Shown: positions 38,422 to 47,345, counted from the stretch's first letter. The stretch is DNA of 64,000 bases from Bifidobacteriaceae bacterium (GCA_963642245.1 CAVIFY010000002.1:15345-79344); one strand, 5' to 3'. Numbers and translations are program-made. Notes: generated from the letters alone by a model not told the origin.

Positions 38422-39680
38422 CAGCCCACCAGCTTTTCAATGGCAGCCAGGCGGGTGCAAATGCACAGCAGCTCCGCTGCCAGGGCCATCTCCTCATTGG
38501 GCGGGAAAGAGGGCGCAATACGAATGTTGCTGTCCTCCGGGTCAATGCCGTAGGGATAAGTGGCGCCCACGCTGGTGAGAATCACACCGCCGGCCTTGCA
38601 CAGCTGGCCCACGCGCTTAGCAGTGCCGGGCAGCACATCCAGGCTGATAAAGTAGCCGCCCTTGGGGGAGAACCAGTCGGCGATCCCCAGGCCGGTCAAT
38701 TCCTTGTCCAGCCGATCCAGCACAATGTCAAACTTGGGCTTCAGGATCGCCGCGTGCTTCTTCATGTGGGCGCGCACGCCATCGGCGTTCTTAAAGAATT
38801 CCACATGGCGGTGCTGGTTCATCTTATCATAGCTGATGGTCTGCACCGTCAGGCGCTGACGGATCAGGTCCAAATTCTTCTTGCTGGCCACCAGGCAGGA
38901 CACGCCTGCGCCGGGGAAAGTGATCTTAGAAGTAGAGGCCACCTCAATGACCATATCCTCATTGCCGTACTCCGGCAGCACATCAAAGATATTCAGCAGC
39001 TTGTCGCCGTTATCGTCCAGATCGTGCACGCAGTAGGCGTTGTCCCACACAATGCGGAAGTCCTCTGCCGCCGGGCGGAGAGCCGCAATACGGCGCACCA
39101 CTTCGTCGGAGAAAGTGATACCGGTGGGGTTAGAATACTTGGGCACGCAGAACATACCCTTCACACTGGGGTCCTTCACCAGTTCTTCAATGGTGTCCAT
39201 ATCCGGGCCGTCGGCGTTCATGGGCACATTCACCATTTGCAGCCCAAAATACTGGCACACGGTAAAGTGACGATCATAGCCGGGCACCGGGCACAGGATC
39301 TTGACTTCCTTCTCCTGGCTCCAGGGCTTGCCGCCGATACCGTGGGTGTAGCACTGGCAGATAAAGTCAAACATCAAGGTCAGGCTCTCGTTGGGGCCGA
39401 TGATCACATTCTCTGCCGGCACCTCCAGCAGATCGGCAAACAGCTGCTTGCAGCTGGCAATACCGTCCACAATGCCGTAGTTGCGCACATCCACGCCGCC
39501 GGACACATAGTCCTTCACATCATTCATACCCACAGACAGATCCAGCTGCTCCTTGCAGGGCTTGCCTCTGCTCATATCCAGTTGCAGACCCTTGGCCTGG
39601 AAGTCCTTGTACCGGGCCAGCAGGCTCTCCTGCTCCCGGAGCAATTCGTCTTTTGTCATCTCCTGATATGCTTTTGCCAT
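38421..39680 (-). CDS. Class I/II-fold PLP-dependent aminotransferase
   Basis: 419 aa. Blocks: DMSRGKP, NESLTLMFD, YSNPTG, and the SKITFPGAG-type Lys region (STSKITFPGAGVS). Confidence 0.8.
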   Translation of the reverse strand: MAKAYQEMTKDELLREQESLLARYKDFQAKGLQLDMSRGKPCKEQLDLSVGMNDVKDYVSGGVDVRNYGIVDGIASCKQLFADLLEVPAENVIIGPNESLTLMFDFICQCYTHGIGGKPWSQEKEVKILCPVPGYDRHFTVCQYFGLQMVNVPMNADGPDMDTIEELVKDPSVKGMFCVPKYSNPTGITFSDEVVRRIAALRPAAEDFRIVWDNAYCVHDLDDNGDKLLNIFDVLPEYGNEDMVIEVASTSKITFPGAGVSCLVASKKNLDLIRQRLTVQTISYDKMNQHRHVEFFKNADGVRAHMKKHAAILKPKFDIVLDRLDKELTGLGIADWFSPKGGYFISLDVLPGTAKRVGQLCKAGGVILTSVGATYPYGIDPEDSNIRIAPSFPPNEEMALAAELLCICTRLAAIEKLVG

Positions 39681-39716
39681 ACGAAAATACCTCGCAATCT
39701 ATAAATTCCGCTCATT

Positions 39717-39745
39717 ATTTTACCATAAACGGCAGCGCCTTGCAA
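39717..39745 (-). promoter_or_regulatory. Promoter TTGCAA-17-TAAAAT of the aminotransferase operon
   Basis: The reverse complement reads TTGCAA ggcgctgccgtttatgg TAAAAT. Confidence 0.6.
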
Positions 39746-39756
39746 TTCTAAAGCCA

Positions 39757-39783
39757 ACAAAAAAAAGAGCGCCGCAGCACTCT
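39757..39783 (-). terminator. Rho-independent terminator after the GtrA-like gene
   Basis: On the minus strand: AGAGTGC-tgcg-GCGCTCT followed by TTTTTTTTG. Confidence 0.75.
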
Positions 39784-39800
39784 TTTCTTATACGCATTGC

Positions 39801-40295
39801 CTATTTTTCCTCCGGATCTGCCGGTGCGTCTGTGCCCTTCTTCTTTTTGGTGAACACCAGGAGCTTGGAGAACACATAGTTGAGGATCACCACCAGCACG
39901 GAGCAAACGATCTTGGCCACAAAGCCCTTGACCCCAAACAGGTCCTGATCCAGCCCCACCTTAAACAGCAGCAGCGGACCGAACCACTCGATCACGCCGG
40001 TAGCCAGTCGAGAGGCCACAAAGGACACAAACTCCCGCGCCGCCACCTTGGGCGCCCAGCTTTTGCTCTCAAACACCCACAGCTTGTTGGTGACAAAGGC
40101 AAAGATCACCGCAGCGATCCAGGCCACCACATTGCTGGCCGTCATCTTCACATCGTCGCTGCCGGGCGCGTGCACCAGCGCCACCTTCATCAGCAGGCTG
40201 TACACCACCCAGTTCACCGCCGTGGTGGCCACGCCGAAGATGAGATACATAATGATTTCTTTGTACTTGATCAGTAATTCTTTAATCTTCTTCAT
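39801..40295 (-). CDS. GtrA family membrane protein
   Basis: About 164 aa with 4 TM segments and FGVATTAVNWVVYSLL. Either start (GTG 40301 or ATG 40295) lacks an SD. The ATG lies 7 nt after a TATAAT box, so the transcript may be leaderless. Confidence 0.75.
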   Translation of the reverse strand: MKKIKELLIKYKEIIMYLIFGVATTAVNWVVYSLLMKVALVHAPGSDDVKMTASNVVAWIAAVIFAFVTNKLWVFESKSWAPKVAAREFVSFVASRLATGVIEWFGPLLLFKVGLDQDLFGVKGFVAKIVCSVLVVILNYVFSKLLVFTKKKKGTDAPADPEEK

Positions 40296-40301
40296 AGGCA
40301 C

Positions 40302-40330
40302 ATTATACGCTATCCGGTCCTATTTTGCAA
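40302..40330 (-). promoter_or_regulatory. Promoter TTGCAA-17-TATAAT placed 6 nt before the gtrA-like ATG
   Basis: The reverse complement reads TTGCAA aataggaccggatagcg TATAAT gtgcct ATG. Confidence 0.5.
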
Positions 40331-40550
40331 GTTCAAAAAACCATTTTGTCTCCTCTAAAAACAAATAAGTGGGCACCCCGGCAATGCTGCAAGTGTAGCG
40401 CAGCCCTGCGCCCCCGGAGCGCAGGGACGCTGCCGGGCGAATATCCAGCACCCGGTCCACATCCAGCCAGCGCTCCTCCCATTCCATCTTTACCGGGCGA
40501 ATGTCGCCCTCCTCATTATACAGCGCCAGCACGCGCACATAGTTCTTCAT
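40320..40550 (-). CDS. Small hypothetical protein (76 aa) translationally coupled to dinB
   Basis: There is an ATGA start/stop overlap with dinB (40547..40550). The frame is open and the codon usage resembles its neighbours. No family was recognised. Confidence 0.55.
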   Translation of the reverse strand: MKNYVRVLALYNEEGDIRPVKMEWEERWLDVDRVLDIRPAASLRSGGAGLRYTCSIAGVPTYLFLEETKWFFELAK

Positions 40551-41797
40551 CCTGCCTGTTCCTTTCCGGTTAAAAATCCAATGGGGTGTATGGTGTGGTC
40601 GTCGTGGGGGTTAAAGCGGGACAACCCGGTGTCCCCCAGCAGACTGGCCCGCTGAATACAGTAGTTGCCGAAGCGGCGCTTTAGATCGTCCACCGTGCGC
40701 TCCAGCTTGGCCGCCCGCTCCCGCTGCTCCTGGGTGTGGGCCAGATCGAACTGCACACAGGGTTCCAGTTCAAAGTCCGTTACCGACAGCCCAACGCTGC
40801 GCAGGGGCGCGCCCCAGTGGTAATTGGCACAAAACAGCGCCATGGCCGCCTGCAAGATCTCCGTGCTCACATCGGTGGCGGCAGAGAGCTTGTGCTGGCG
40901 GGTAAAAGTGTGCAGGTTCTTGTCCCGCAAGGAGATACACACCGTGCGCCCTTGCATTCCCTGCTCCCGCATACGGCGGGCCACGCTCTCCGCCAGCACG
41001 GTAAAGACCACCTTTACATCCGTATCATCCACCAGATCCCGGGGCGTGGTGGTGGAATTGCCCACGCTCTTCACCGCCGCCTTGGCGTCCATATGCTGCA
41101 CCGGCGAGGTGTCCTCTCCCCGGGCAAAGGCACGGAGCATCAGTCCGTTCTTGCCCAGCAGCCCCTGCAAAAAGTCCTCCCGCGCCGCCGCCAACTCGCC
41201 AATGGTATAGATACCGTAGGCGTTCAGCTTGCGGGTGGTGGCCGGGCCGACGCACAACAGATCGCTGCACGGCAGGGGCCACACCACCCGGCGGTAATTC
41301 TCCCGGCTAATGACCGTCACTGCGTCCGGCTTTTTATAATCCGAACCCAGCTTGGCAAAGATCTTGTTAAAGCTGACCCCCACGCTGACGGTAATGCCCA
41401 GCTCCGCCTTGACCCGGCGGCGGATCTCCTGAGCGATCTGTTCCCCGGTGCGATCGTCGCCGGTCACATCCAGCCAATTCTCGTCCAGTCCGAAAGGCTC
41501 AATATAATCGCTGTAATCCTCATAAATGCGCCGCGCCATCTTGGAAAAGCGCATATACAGCGGAAAGTTAGGTGGCACCACCACCAGCTGCGGGCACTTT
41601 TGCCGCGCCTGCCACAGCGGCTCCCCCACCACCAGACCGTAGCGGGAGGCGATCTCATTCTTGGTCAAAATAATACCGTGGCGGCTCTCGGTACTGCCGC
41701 CCACCGCCACCGGCTTGTCGCGCAGCTCCGGGCGGTGCAGGCACTCCACCGAGGCATAAAACTTGTTGCAATCCACATGCAAAACGGTGCGCTCCAC
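40547..41797 (-). CDS. dinB: DNA polymerase IV (Y-family)
   Basis: 416 aa with a GTG start after AGGAG. The N-terminus is LHVDCNKFYASVE. SRHGIILT-type and little-finger regions are present. Confidence 0.9.
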   Translation of the reverse strand: MERTVLHVDCNKFYASVECLHRPELRDKPVAVGGSTESRHGIILTKNEIASRYGLVVGEPLWQARQKCPQLVVVPPNFPLYMRFSKMARRIYEDYSDYIEPFGLDENWLDVTGDDRTGEQIAQEIRRRVKAELGITVSVGVSFNKIFAKLGSDYKKPDAVTVISRENYRRVVWPLPCSDLLCVGPATTRKLNAYGIYTIGELAAAREDFLQGLLGKNGLMLRAFARGEDTSPVQHMDAKAAVKSVGNSTTTPRDLVDDTDVKVVFTVLAESVARRMREQGMQGRTVCISLRDKNLHTFTRQHKLSAATDVSTEILQAAMALFCANYHWGAPLRSVGLSVTDFELEPCVQFDLAHTQEQRERAAKLERTVDDLKRRFGNYCIQRASLLGDTGLSRFNPHDDHTIHPIGFLTGKEQAG

Positions 41798-41821
41798 TTT
41801 CCGTCGCTCCTTTCTCGCTAT

Positions 41822-41835
41822 CGAACATTTGTTCT
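41822..41835. promoter_or_regulatory. LexA (Cheo/SOS) box CGAACATTTGTTCT
   Basis: It has a perfect GAAC-N4-GTTC core and lies 25 nt upstream of the dinB start. Confidence 0.7.
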
Positions 41836-41907
41836 ATAACATAGAATACACCGATCGGGGCGGTTTGTCAAGAGCCGGGGCGGCAAAAAATGCAGGTAGA
41901 TTTTGCC

Positions 41908-41936
41908 TTGACGGTGGGTGCTTTTTCTTATATACT
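41908..41936 (+). promoter_or_regulatory. Promoter TTGACG-17-TATACT of the P-loop gene
   Basis: TTGACG is at 41908..41913 and TATACT at 41931..41936. Confidence 0.55.
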
Positions 41937-41960
41937 AAGGGGTAGAATTGAGGTGCAACT

Positions 41961-42686
41961 ATGCCGTTTTACGATATTGCCGGGCTGGTGGTGGAGATCA
42001 AGCACCCCACCGGCAGAACAGAAAAGCAAGCCCGCCCCTACCTGTGCAAGGACCAAGCGGGGCAGACGGCGGACATCACCATTGATGTAACGGATCAGCG
42101 GGTGATGGACGCCATGACCGAGCACCCGGAGATGAACCGGGACGACTGGTACTATATGCTCACCGGCTCGGATTTTTACACCCAGCTGCTGAAGTTCCGG
42201 GGCATTTTGCTCCACTCCAGCTGCGTGGTGGTGGACGGCGTGGCCTACGCTTTTTCCGCAGACAGCGGCACCGGCAAATCCACCCACACCGCCCTGTGGC
42301 TCAAGCACTTTGGCGACCGAGCGTATATGCTCAATGACGACAAACCGGCCATTCGCCTGGTGGGCGACCGGGTGTACGCCTGCGGCACCCCCTGGAGCGG
42401 TAAGTACGACTACTCCACCCCGGGTATGGTCCCCCTGGCAGGCATTTGCTTTCTTGAGCGGGCGGAGGAGAACTTTATCCACCCGGCAGACACCAAAAAG
42501 GCGGTGTTCAACATCTTCTCCCAAACGGTGCGCAAGCTGGGGCCCAATGCCATGGAGCGGCTGTTCGATATGCTGGAGGCCATCTTTGCCAAGGTGCCCC
42601 TGTACGAACTGGGGTGCAACATCAGCGACGAAGCAGTGCTTACCTCTTATAACGCAATGAAGCCGAAAGACAAAGCCGAAAACTGA
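41961..42686 (+). CDS. HPr-kinase-C-terminal-like P-loop protein (HprK-related kinase family), orphan
   Basis: 241 aa. LLHSSCVVVDGVAYAFSADSGTGKSTHTA (Walker A) is followed by LNDDKPAI and GTPWSGK. This resembles the HprK/PEPCK-like fold as I remember it. No search was run. Confidence 0.5.
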   Translation: MPFYDIAGLVVEIKHPTGRTEKQARPYLCKDQAGQTADITIDVTDQRVMDAMTEHPEMNRDDWYYMLTGSDFYTQLLKFRGILLHSSCVVVDGVAYAFSADSGTGKSTHTALWLKHFGDRAYMLNDDKPAIRLVGDRVYACGTPWSGKYDYSTPGMVPLAGICFLERAEENFIHPADTKKAVFNIFSQTVRKLGPNAMERLFDMLEAIFAKVPLYELGCNISDEAVLTSYNAMKPKDKAEN

Positions 42687-42707
42687 ATATAAGCGAAAAA
42701 AGAAAGG

Positions 42708-42740
42708 CAGTTACCCAAAGGTGGGTAACTGTCTTTTGTT
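42708..42740. terminator. Bidirectional terminator between convergent genes
   Basis: CAGTTACCCA-aagg-TGGGTAACTG (10 bp) with AAAAAAGAAAGG upstream and TCTTTTGTT downstream. Confidence 0.8.
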
Positions 42741-42750
42741 ATCTATGGCG

Positions 42751-45366
42751 TTATTCCGCTGTGTCCTGGGGCATGGCGTTCTTTGGCAAGGGCAGGTACA
42801 CCCGGGCCTTGAACAGGTCGCCGTCAATGAGCAACTCTAACTTCCCTTGCTGGGCGCTGCACAGTTCCTGGGCAATGCTCAGGCCCAGACCGTTGCCCTC
42901 CTTGGTACGGGAAGCGTCGCCCCGCACAAACCGCTGGGTCAACTCCTGGGGCGAGATATTCAGCGGCTGGGCAGAGATGTTCTTGATCTCAAACACGCCA
43001 TACTGCGCCTCCCGGTACACCCGCACATACACCCGGGAGTCCACGGCAGAATACTTCTTGGCATTTTGCAGCAGATTTTCCAGCACCCGGTAGGTTTTAG
43101 AGCCGTCTGCAAACACCTGTACCCGGGGCAGATCCGGATCCAGCACCAGTTGCAGCCGGTTCTCCTCAAACTCCTTTTGGTACTCCCCGATAGCCTGGGC
43201 GGTCAGTTCGCCCAGATCCAGCACCATAGGGTGCAGGGTGATGTTGCCGGAGGACAGCTTGGACGCCTCGATCAGGTCCTCCACCAGCCGTGCCAGCTTG
43301 GTGCTCTTCTCCGTCAAAACGGCCATATACTCCTTGGCCTTTTCGTCCGACTGGGGGCACTTGGACAGCAGGTCCGTGTAAGTGATAATGGAAGTGATCG
43401 GGGTTTTCAAGTCGTGGGACACATTGGTGATCAGCTCCGTTTTCAGTCGTTCGTCCCGCACCGCCTGGTCCACGGCGTTATGCAGTTCCTGATTGGTATA
43501 ACGCAGGCTGCCTGCCATAGCGGCCAGCGCCGGGTGGAGATTTGCCGCCTCCACATCCGTGCGGTTGGCTGCGGCCTCGATCACCCGATCCAGCTGGAAC
43601 AAAAAGCGCAGCGCGTAGCCCACGCAAAAGCCGTTAAAGGCTAAGAATACCAAAGCGCAGGGCACGCTGATGGGTGCATATTCCAAAAATACGCCAAACA
43701 GCACTGCCAATACAATATTGATCAGCAGATAGCCTACGGCGCAAAAGACCATATTGCGCTTAAAGTGCCGTGGGGTGTAGGCCAGTCCCCGGATCATACG
43801 CCGGTTGAACCGGTGCAGTTTGCACAGCAGGCGCCAAACGCCTAAGCAAATATAATACAGCAGCGTGCCCTTATACAGGTGCTTTTTAGACTTGCACAGG
43901 CGCACAAAGGACAGGGTCAACTCTGCATACAGTCCCCAGGCCACCGCGCCCAAAGCGCCGCAGCCCGCTAAGAACAGCCAGCCAAAGTTCAAGGTGCTCA
44001 TCTGGTAGCCGTAATAATGGAACAGGTCGCTAAACACGCCCTCGATCAGTAAGTAGCCCAGTCCAAAAATCGCCGCTGCAATGATCGCCGTGTGCAGCTC
44101 CAAGGGAATATAATCCATCCACAGCAGGCGCACGCCGTCCGTACCGGCACGGCGCCCGCAGCCCAGGCAGGCCAGCACCAAACAGGCAAGGGCCAGCACC
44201 GCCAGGCAAACAGCCGCTACGGTCATTGCCACGGTATTTACATTTTGCATACGGGTGCACAGGGCATTCAGTTTCACAAAATCCGGGAACATCTGATTGC
44301 CACCGGCCACGGTGGGGTCAATGCCCACATAAATCGTGATATCCGTATTCATCAGATACTGTACAGCGTCCGAGCCGGTATTGCGGGCACCGTAATCCGC
44401 ACCCCGCAGGTTCTCCCCTGCTTTGGTCTTGGAATAGTACACCGGCGCGTTCTTTAGCGTTGCCGGTGATTTGCCCTCTGCCAACTGACTGACCACCTGG
44501 CCGGTGGTATTGTCCTCGGCATAGTATTGCAGGCATTGCAGTTCCTGCAAATTTTGGCGCATATCCTGCTGGCTGTCGGCAGCAGATCGGTACGGCCCCA
44601 CCACCACTTTGTCATAGAGCTTTTTAATGTGGGTCTCTGCCGATTTCACCGTATCGCTCAGGGTCTGATCGTCATCGTACTCGTTCGCTTCTACCGTTTG
44701 GCCGTCCACTGTAAAAGTGACCGTGTAATAGCGGATCAGATCATCCGGATCCTCCTGTATGTCGCTATCATTGTAATACTCCACGCCGTCGGAACTGTGC
44801 AGCCAATTTGCCAGCTGCAAATAGGGCAGATAATCCTCCCCCGCCCGGGTGCCGTTGACGATCTGTTGCAGGTCTCGGATCAGCCCCGGTGCGTCCCGAT
44901 CCTCGGCCACCACTTTCTTGATGGTCTTGGTGGGCACTTTATAGTTGGGTATATTCTTGCCGATATTTGTAATATTCTGATTTTTCAGCCCGGCATAGAA
45001 CACCAGCGTTTTGCGAATGGCCGCGGCCTGGTCCTTCTTATACTGCTCCAGTGCGGCAGCCACGCTGTCCGCCTTGGCTTTCTTCAGGGCAGCCACCTTT
45101 TGTTGCAGCTGCTTTTGCCCCGCCAGCAGCGTGATATCATTGACGATCACATCCAGCTCCGATTGGAAGATCGTGGTCTGTACCAGGCTTCCCTCTTTCG
45201 CTACGGACGCATCGGTAAATGCGTCGTCATTATACAGGCCGCTGATCCGCATCACGGCGCCCAGCAGCGCCACCGAACTAAAGGCCAGCACCATAGAGAG
45301 CACCACGCACAGCGCCTTAAAGCCGCCGCTTTCTCTAACACTTTTCCACTTTGTATCCAAGTCCAT
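42751..45366 (-). CDS. Sensor histidine kinase with ~335-aa extracytoplasmic domain and multi-TM block
   Basis: 871 aa. TM1 is at residues ~17-40, the extracellular region at ~41-377, and about 6 TM segments at ~378-590. The H-box is SHDLKTPITS, the N-box is LLQNAKKYS, and the G-box is GNGLGLSIA. Confidence 0.9.
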   Translation of the reverse strand: MDLDTKWKSVRESGGFKALCVVLSMVLAFSSVALLGAVMRISGLYNDDAFTDASVAKEGSLVQTTIFQSELDVIVNDITLLAGQKQLQQKVAALKKAKADSVAAALEQYKKDQAAAIRKTLVFYAGLKNQNITNIGKNIPNYKVPTKTIKKVVAEDRDAPGLIRDLQQIVNGTRAGEDYLPYLQLANWLHSSDGVEYYNDSDIQEDPDDLIRYYTVTFTVDGQTVEANEYDDDQTLSDTVKSAETHIKKLYDKVVVGPYRSAADSQQDMRQNLQELQCLQYYAEDNTTGQVVSQLAEGKSPATLKNAPVYYSKTKAGENLRGADYGARNTGSDAVQYLMNTDITIYVGIDPTVAGGNQMFPDFVKLNALCTRMQNVNTVAMTVAAVCLAVLALACLVLACLGCGRRAGTDGVRLLWMDYIPLELHTAIIAAAIFGLGYLLIEGVFSDLFHYYGYQMSTLNFGWLFLAGCGALGAVAWGLYAELTLSFVRLCKSKKHLYKGTLLYYICLGVWRLLCKLHRFNRRMIRGLAYTPRHFKRNMVFCAVGYLLINIVLAVLFGVFLEYAPISVPCALVFLAFNGFCVGYALRFLFQLDRVIEAAANRTDVEAANLHPALAAMAGSLRYTNQELHNAVDQAVRDERLKTELITNVSHDLKTPITSIITYTDLLSKCPQSDEKAKEYMAVLTEKSTKLARLVEDLIEASKLSSGNITLHPMVLDLGELTAQAIGEYQKEFEENRLQLVLDPDLPRVQVFADGSKTYRVLENLLQNAKKYSAVDSRVYVRVYREAQYGVFEIKNISAQPLNISPQELTQRFVRGDASRTKEGNGLGLSIAQELCSAQQGKLELLIDGDLFKARVYLPLPKNAMPQDTAE

Positions 45367-46024
45367 ACACCACCTTTAAGTATTTGGGCTCCTTGGGGTT
45401 GATCTCGATCTTTTCACGAATGTTGCGAATGTGCACCGTCACGGTCTTTTCCGTGCCGTAGGCCGGCTCATTCCACACCGCTTCATAGATCTGGGCACTG
45501 GAGAGCACGCGACCCATATTGTGCATCAGATATTCCAATATCTTATACTCCCGGGCGGTCAGCCGTACCGGGTCGCCGTCTACCGTCACCGTCTTGGTGT
45601 CCGTGTCCAGCACCAGACCGCCGGTGACCAGCTGGCTCTCCCGCACCTCCAGGCTGCCCAGGCGCACATAGCGGCGAATTTGGCTCTTGACCCGGGCGGT
45701 CAGCTCCAGCGGGTTAAAGGGCTTGGTCACATAATCATCGGCGCCAAAGCCCAAACCGGCGATCTTGTCCGTATCCTCGCTTTTGGCCGACAGCAGAATA
45801 ATGGGAAAGTTGTACTTCTCCCGCAGCTTTAATGTGGTCTTTAGCCCGTCCAGCCGGGGCATCATAATATCCAGCACCATACAGTGGATCTCCTCCCCCT
45901 GTACCTGCTCCAGTGCCTCCAGCCCGTCCCGGGCACACAGCACCCGGTAACCCTCCTGGCTCAGATAAATGCGCAGGGACTCTAAGATCGCCGCGTCATC
46001 GTCACACACCAATACCGTAAACAT
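45335..46024 (-). CDS. OmpR/PhoB family response regulator
   Basis: 229 aa from the ATG at 46024. The receiver has LVCDDD...VLDIMMPRLDG...KPF. The winged HTH is LTAREYKILEYLM. Its 3' end overlaps the kinase start by 32 nt. Confidence 0.9.
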   Translation of the reverse strand: MFTVLVCDDDAAILESLRIYLSQEGYRVLCARDGLEALEQVQGEEIHCMVLDIMMPRLDGLKTTLKLREKYNFPIILLSAKSEDTDKIAGLGFGADDYVTKPFNPLELTARVKSQIRRYVRLGSLEVRESQLVTGGLVLDTDTKTVTVDGDPVRLTAREYKILEYLMHNMGRVLSSAQIYEAVWNEPAYGTEKTVTVHIRNIREKIEINPKEPKYLKVVYGLGYKVEKC

Positions 46025-46170
46025 TGCTCTCATCTCCCTTAAGTGATACAAAGTGCTTGCTCCATTGTACCACAAAAATCCCCAACGGAAAACCCGTTGT
46101 ACACATTTAACCACACATTCTTAAAAGCAGCGCAAAGGAAATCTAAAGAATCGGTAAAGTTTGGCCGCCA

Positions 46171-46209
46171 AAACAAAAAACCTGCCGCAGTGCCAAACAC
46201 TGCGACAGG
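46171..46209 (-). terminator. Rho-independent terminator ending the dlt-like operon
   Basis: On the minus strand: CCTGTCGCAGTG-tttgg-CACTGCGGCAGG followed by TTTTTTGTTTTG. Confidence 0.8.
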
Positions 46210-46220
46210 CATTTACATTT

Positions 46221-47333
46221 TTACTGTTTTGCAGCCGCCTTTGCGGTGGTGCCGTAAGGGTCGCCGGTATGGGGCTGCTCTTTTTTGTGCCGACCTTTCG
46301 GCGCAGGGGCGCCGTTTTTCCCGGCCGTAGGGCCTTTGCGCTTTTCCACATCGCCGCCCTCTGCCAGGTGCTTGATGTAGGCGGTGTAGTCATCGTTCCA
46401 ATCGGCGTAGGCCGTATTTTGGCGCTTGTCCTCCAGCTGCACATGGTCCTTAATGTACTGCCCCACATAGAGCGATACCTTTTGGGCGCCGTAGCAGTTC
46501 AGGTGGTTGCCGCCGTCCCGGCTGTCCGTTTTCCAGCTAAAGCCGATCTCCTTGCGTTTCAGATCCATATCCAAAAACGGAATGCCGTTTTTCTTGGCGT
46601 AATCGCTGACCGCATTGTGGCGGGCATAGGTCCAGGTGGTCTGGGACGGCACCTGCACCAAAATCAGCTGGGCGCCGTTCTTCTTGCACAGGGCGTTCAG
46701 CTCGTCCAACTTACGCACAAACAGCGGATTGATCTCCTCCCGCTTTTTGGTTTTCTTCATATATTCCTTGCCCCGGTACGGCACCTTGGCGCCGGACACG
46801 AACTGCCCCTTGGAGGCAAAGCGGGCGGAATAGGCCTTCTGCTTAAAAGCGGTCTTGGGGTCAAACTGCTTCCACCGATCGTGGTAGTCCAGCACGCTAA
46901 ACTGGTTGTACACCTGCTTGCGCACATCGCGCGCAACGATCTTCAAAGAACTGGAGGTGGTGTACAGCTGGTCTGTTTCCAGGATCACCACCTTGGGCTT
47001 TTGGGTCTTAAAGCAGTTCTCCACCACACGGTAGGACTCGCTGACCATCTGCTTACCGGTGCCGCTGATATAAGAGGTAAAGCCGTAGGCCTTCCACATC
47101 TCCATAGGCGAAAAGCCGCTGTAAGCGTCGCTGTTGCCCACGATAAACACATCCAGCGTGTCCTTCTCCAGCGACAGATAACCACCGGCGTTGGGGTTCA
47201 CAAACCCGGCCGCGTCGTCATTGTTCTTTGGCTCCAGCAAAAAGGAAATGCCGTAGAGCAAAAGCAGCAAGATCAGAACAAAGGACACCAGGCGGGCGCA
47301 ATTTTTCAATATCAACTTGGTCTTTGCAGTCAT
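46221..47333 (-). CDS. Membrane-anchored SGNH/GDSL-like protein (DltD / AlgJ-X-like position) with basic C-terminal tail
   Basis: 370 aa with an N-terminal TM segment. Block I-like is IVGNSDAYSG and the late block is DGGNHLN. AAGGAGGG lies 6 nt before the ATG. It is the last gene of the operon. Confidence 0.6.
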   Translation of the reverse strand: MTAKTKLILKNCARLVSFVLILLLLLYGISFLLEPKNNDDAAGFVNPNAGGYLSLEKDTLDVFIVGNSDAYSGFSPMEMWKAYGFTSYISGTGKQMVSESYRVVENCFKTQKPKVVILETDQLYTTSSSLKIVARDVRKQVYNQFSVLDYHDRWKQFDPKTAFKQKAYSARFASKGQFVSGAKVPYRGKEYMKKTKKREEINPLFVRKLDELNALCKKNGAQLILVQVPSQTTWTYARHNAVSDYAKKNGIPFLDMDLKRKEIGFSWKTDSRDGGNHLNCYGAQKVSLYVGQYIKDHVQLEDKRQNTAYADWNDDYTAYIKHLAEGGDVEKRKGPTAGKNGAPAPKGRHKKEQPHTGDPYGTTAKAAAKQ

Positions 47334-47345
47334 GATGCACCCTCC

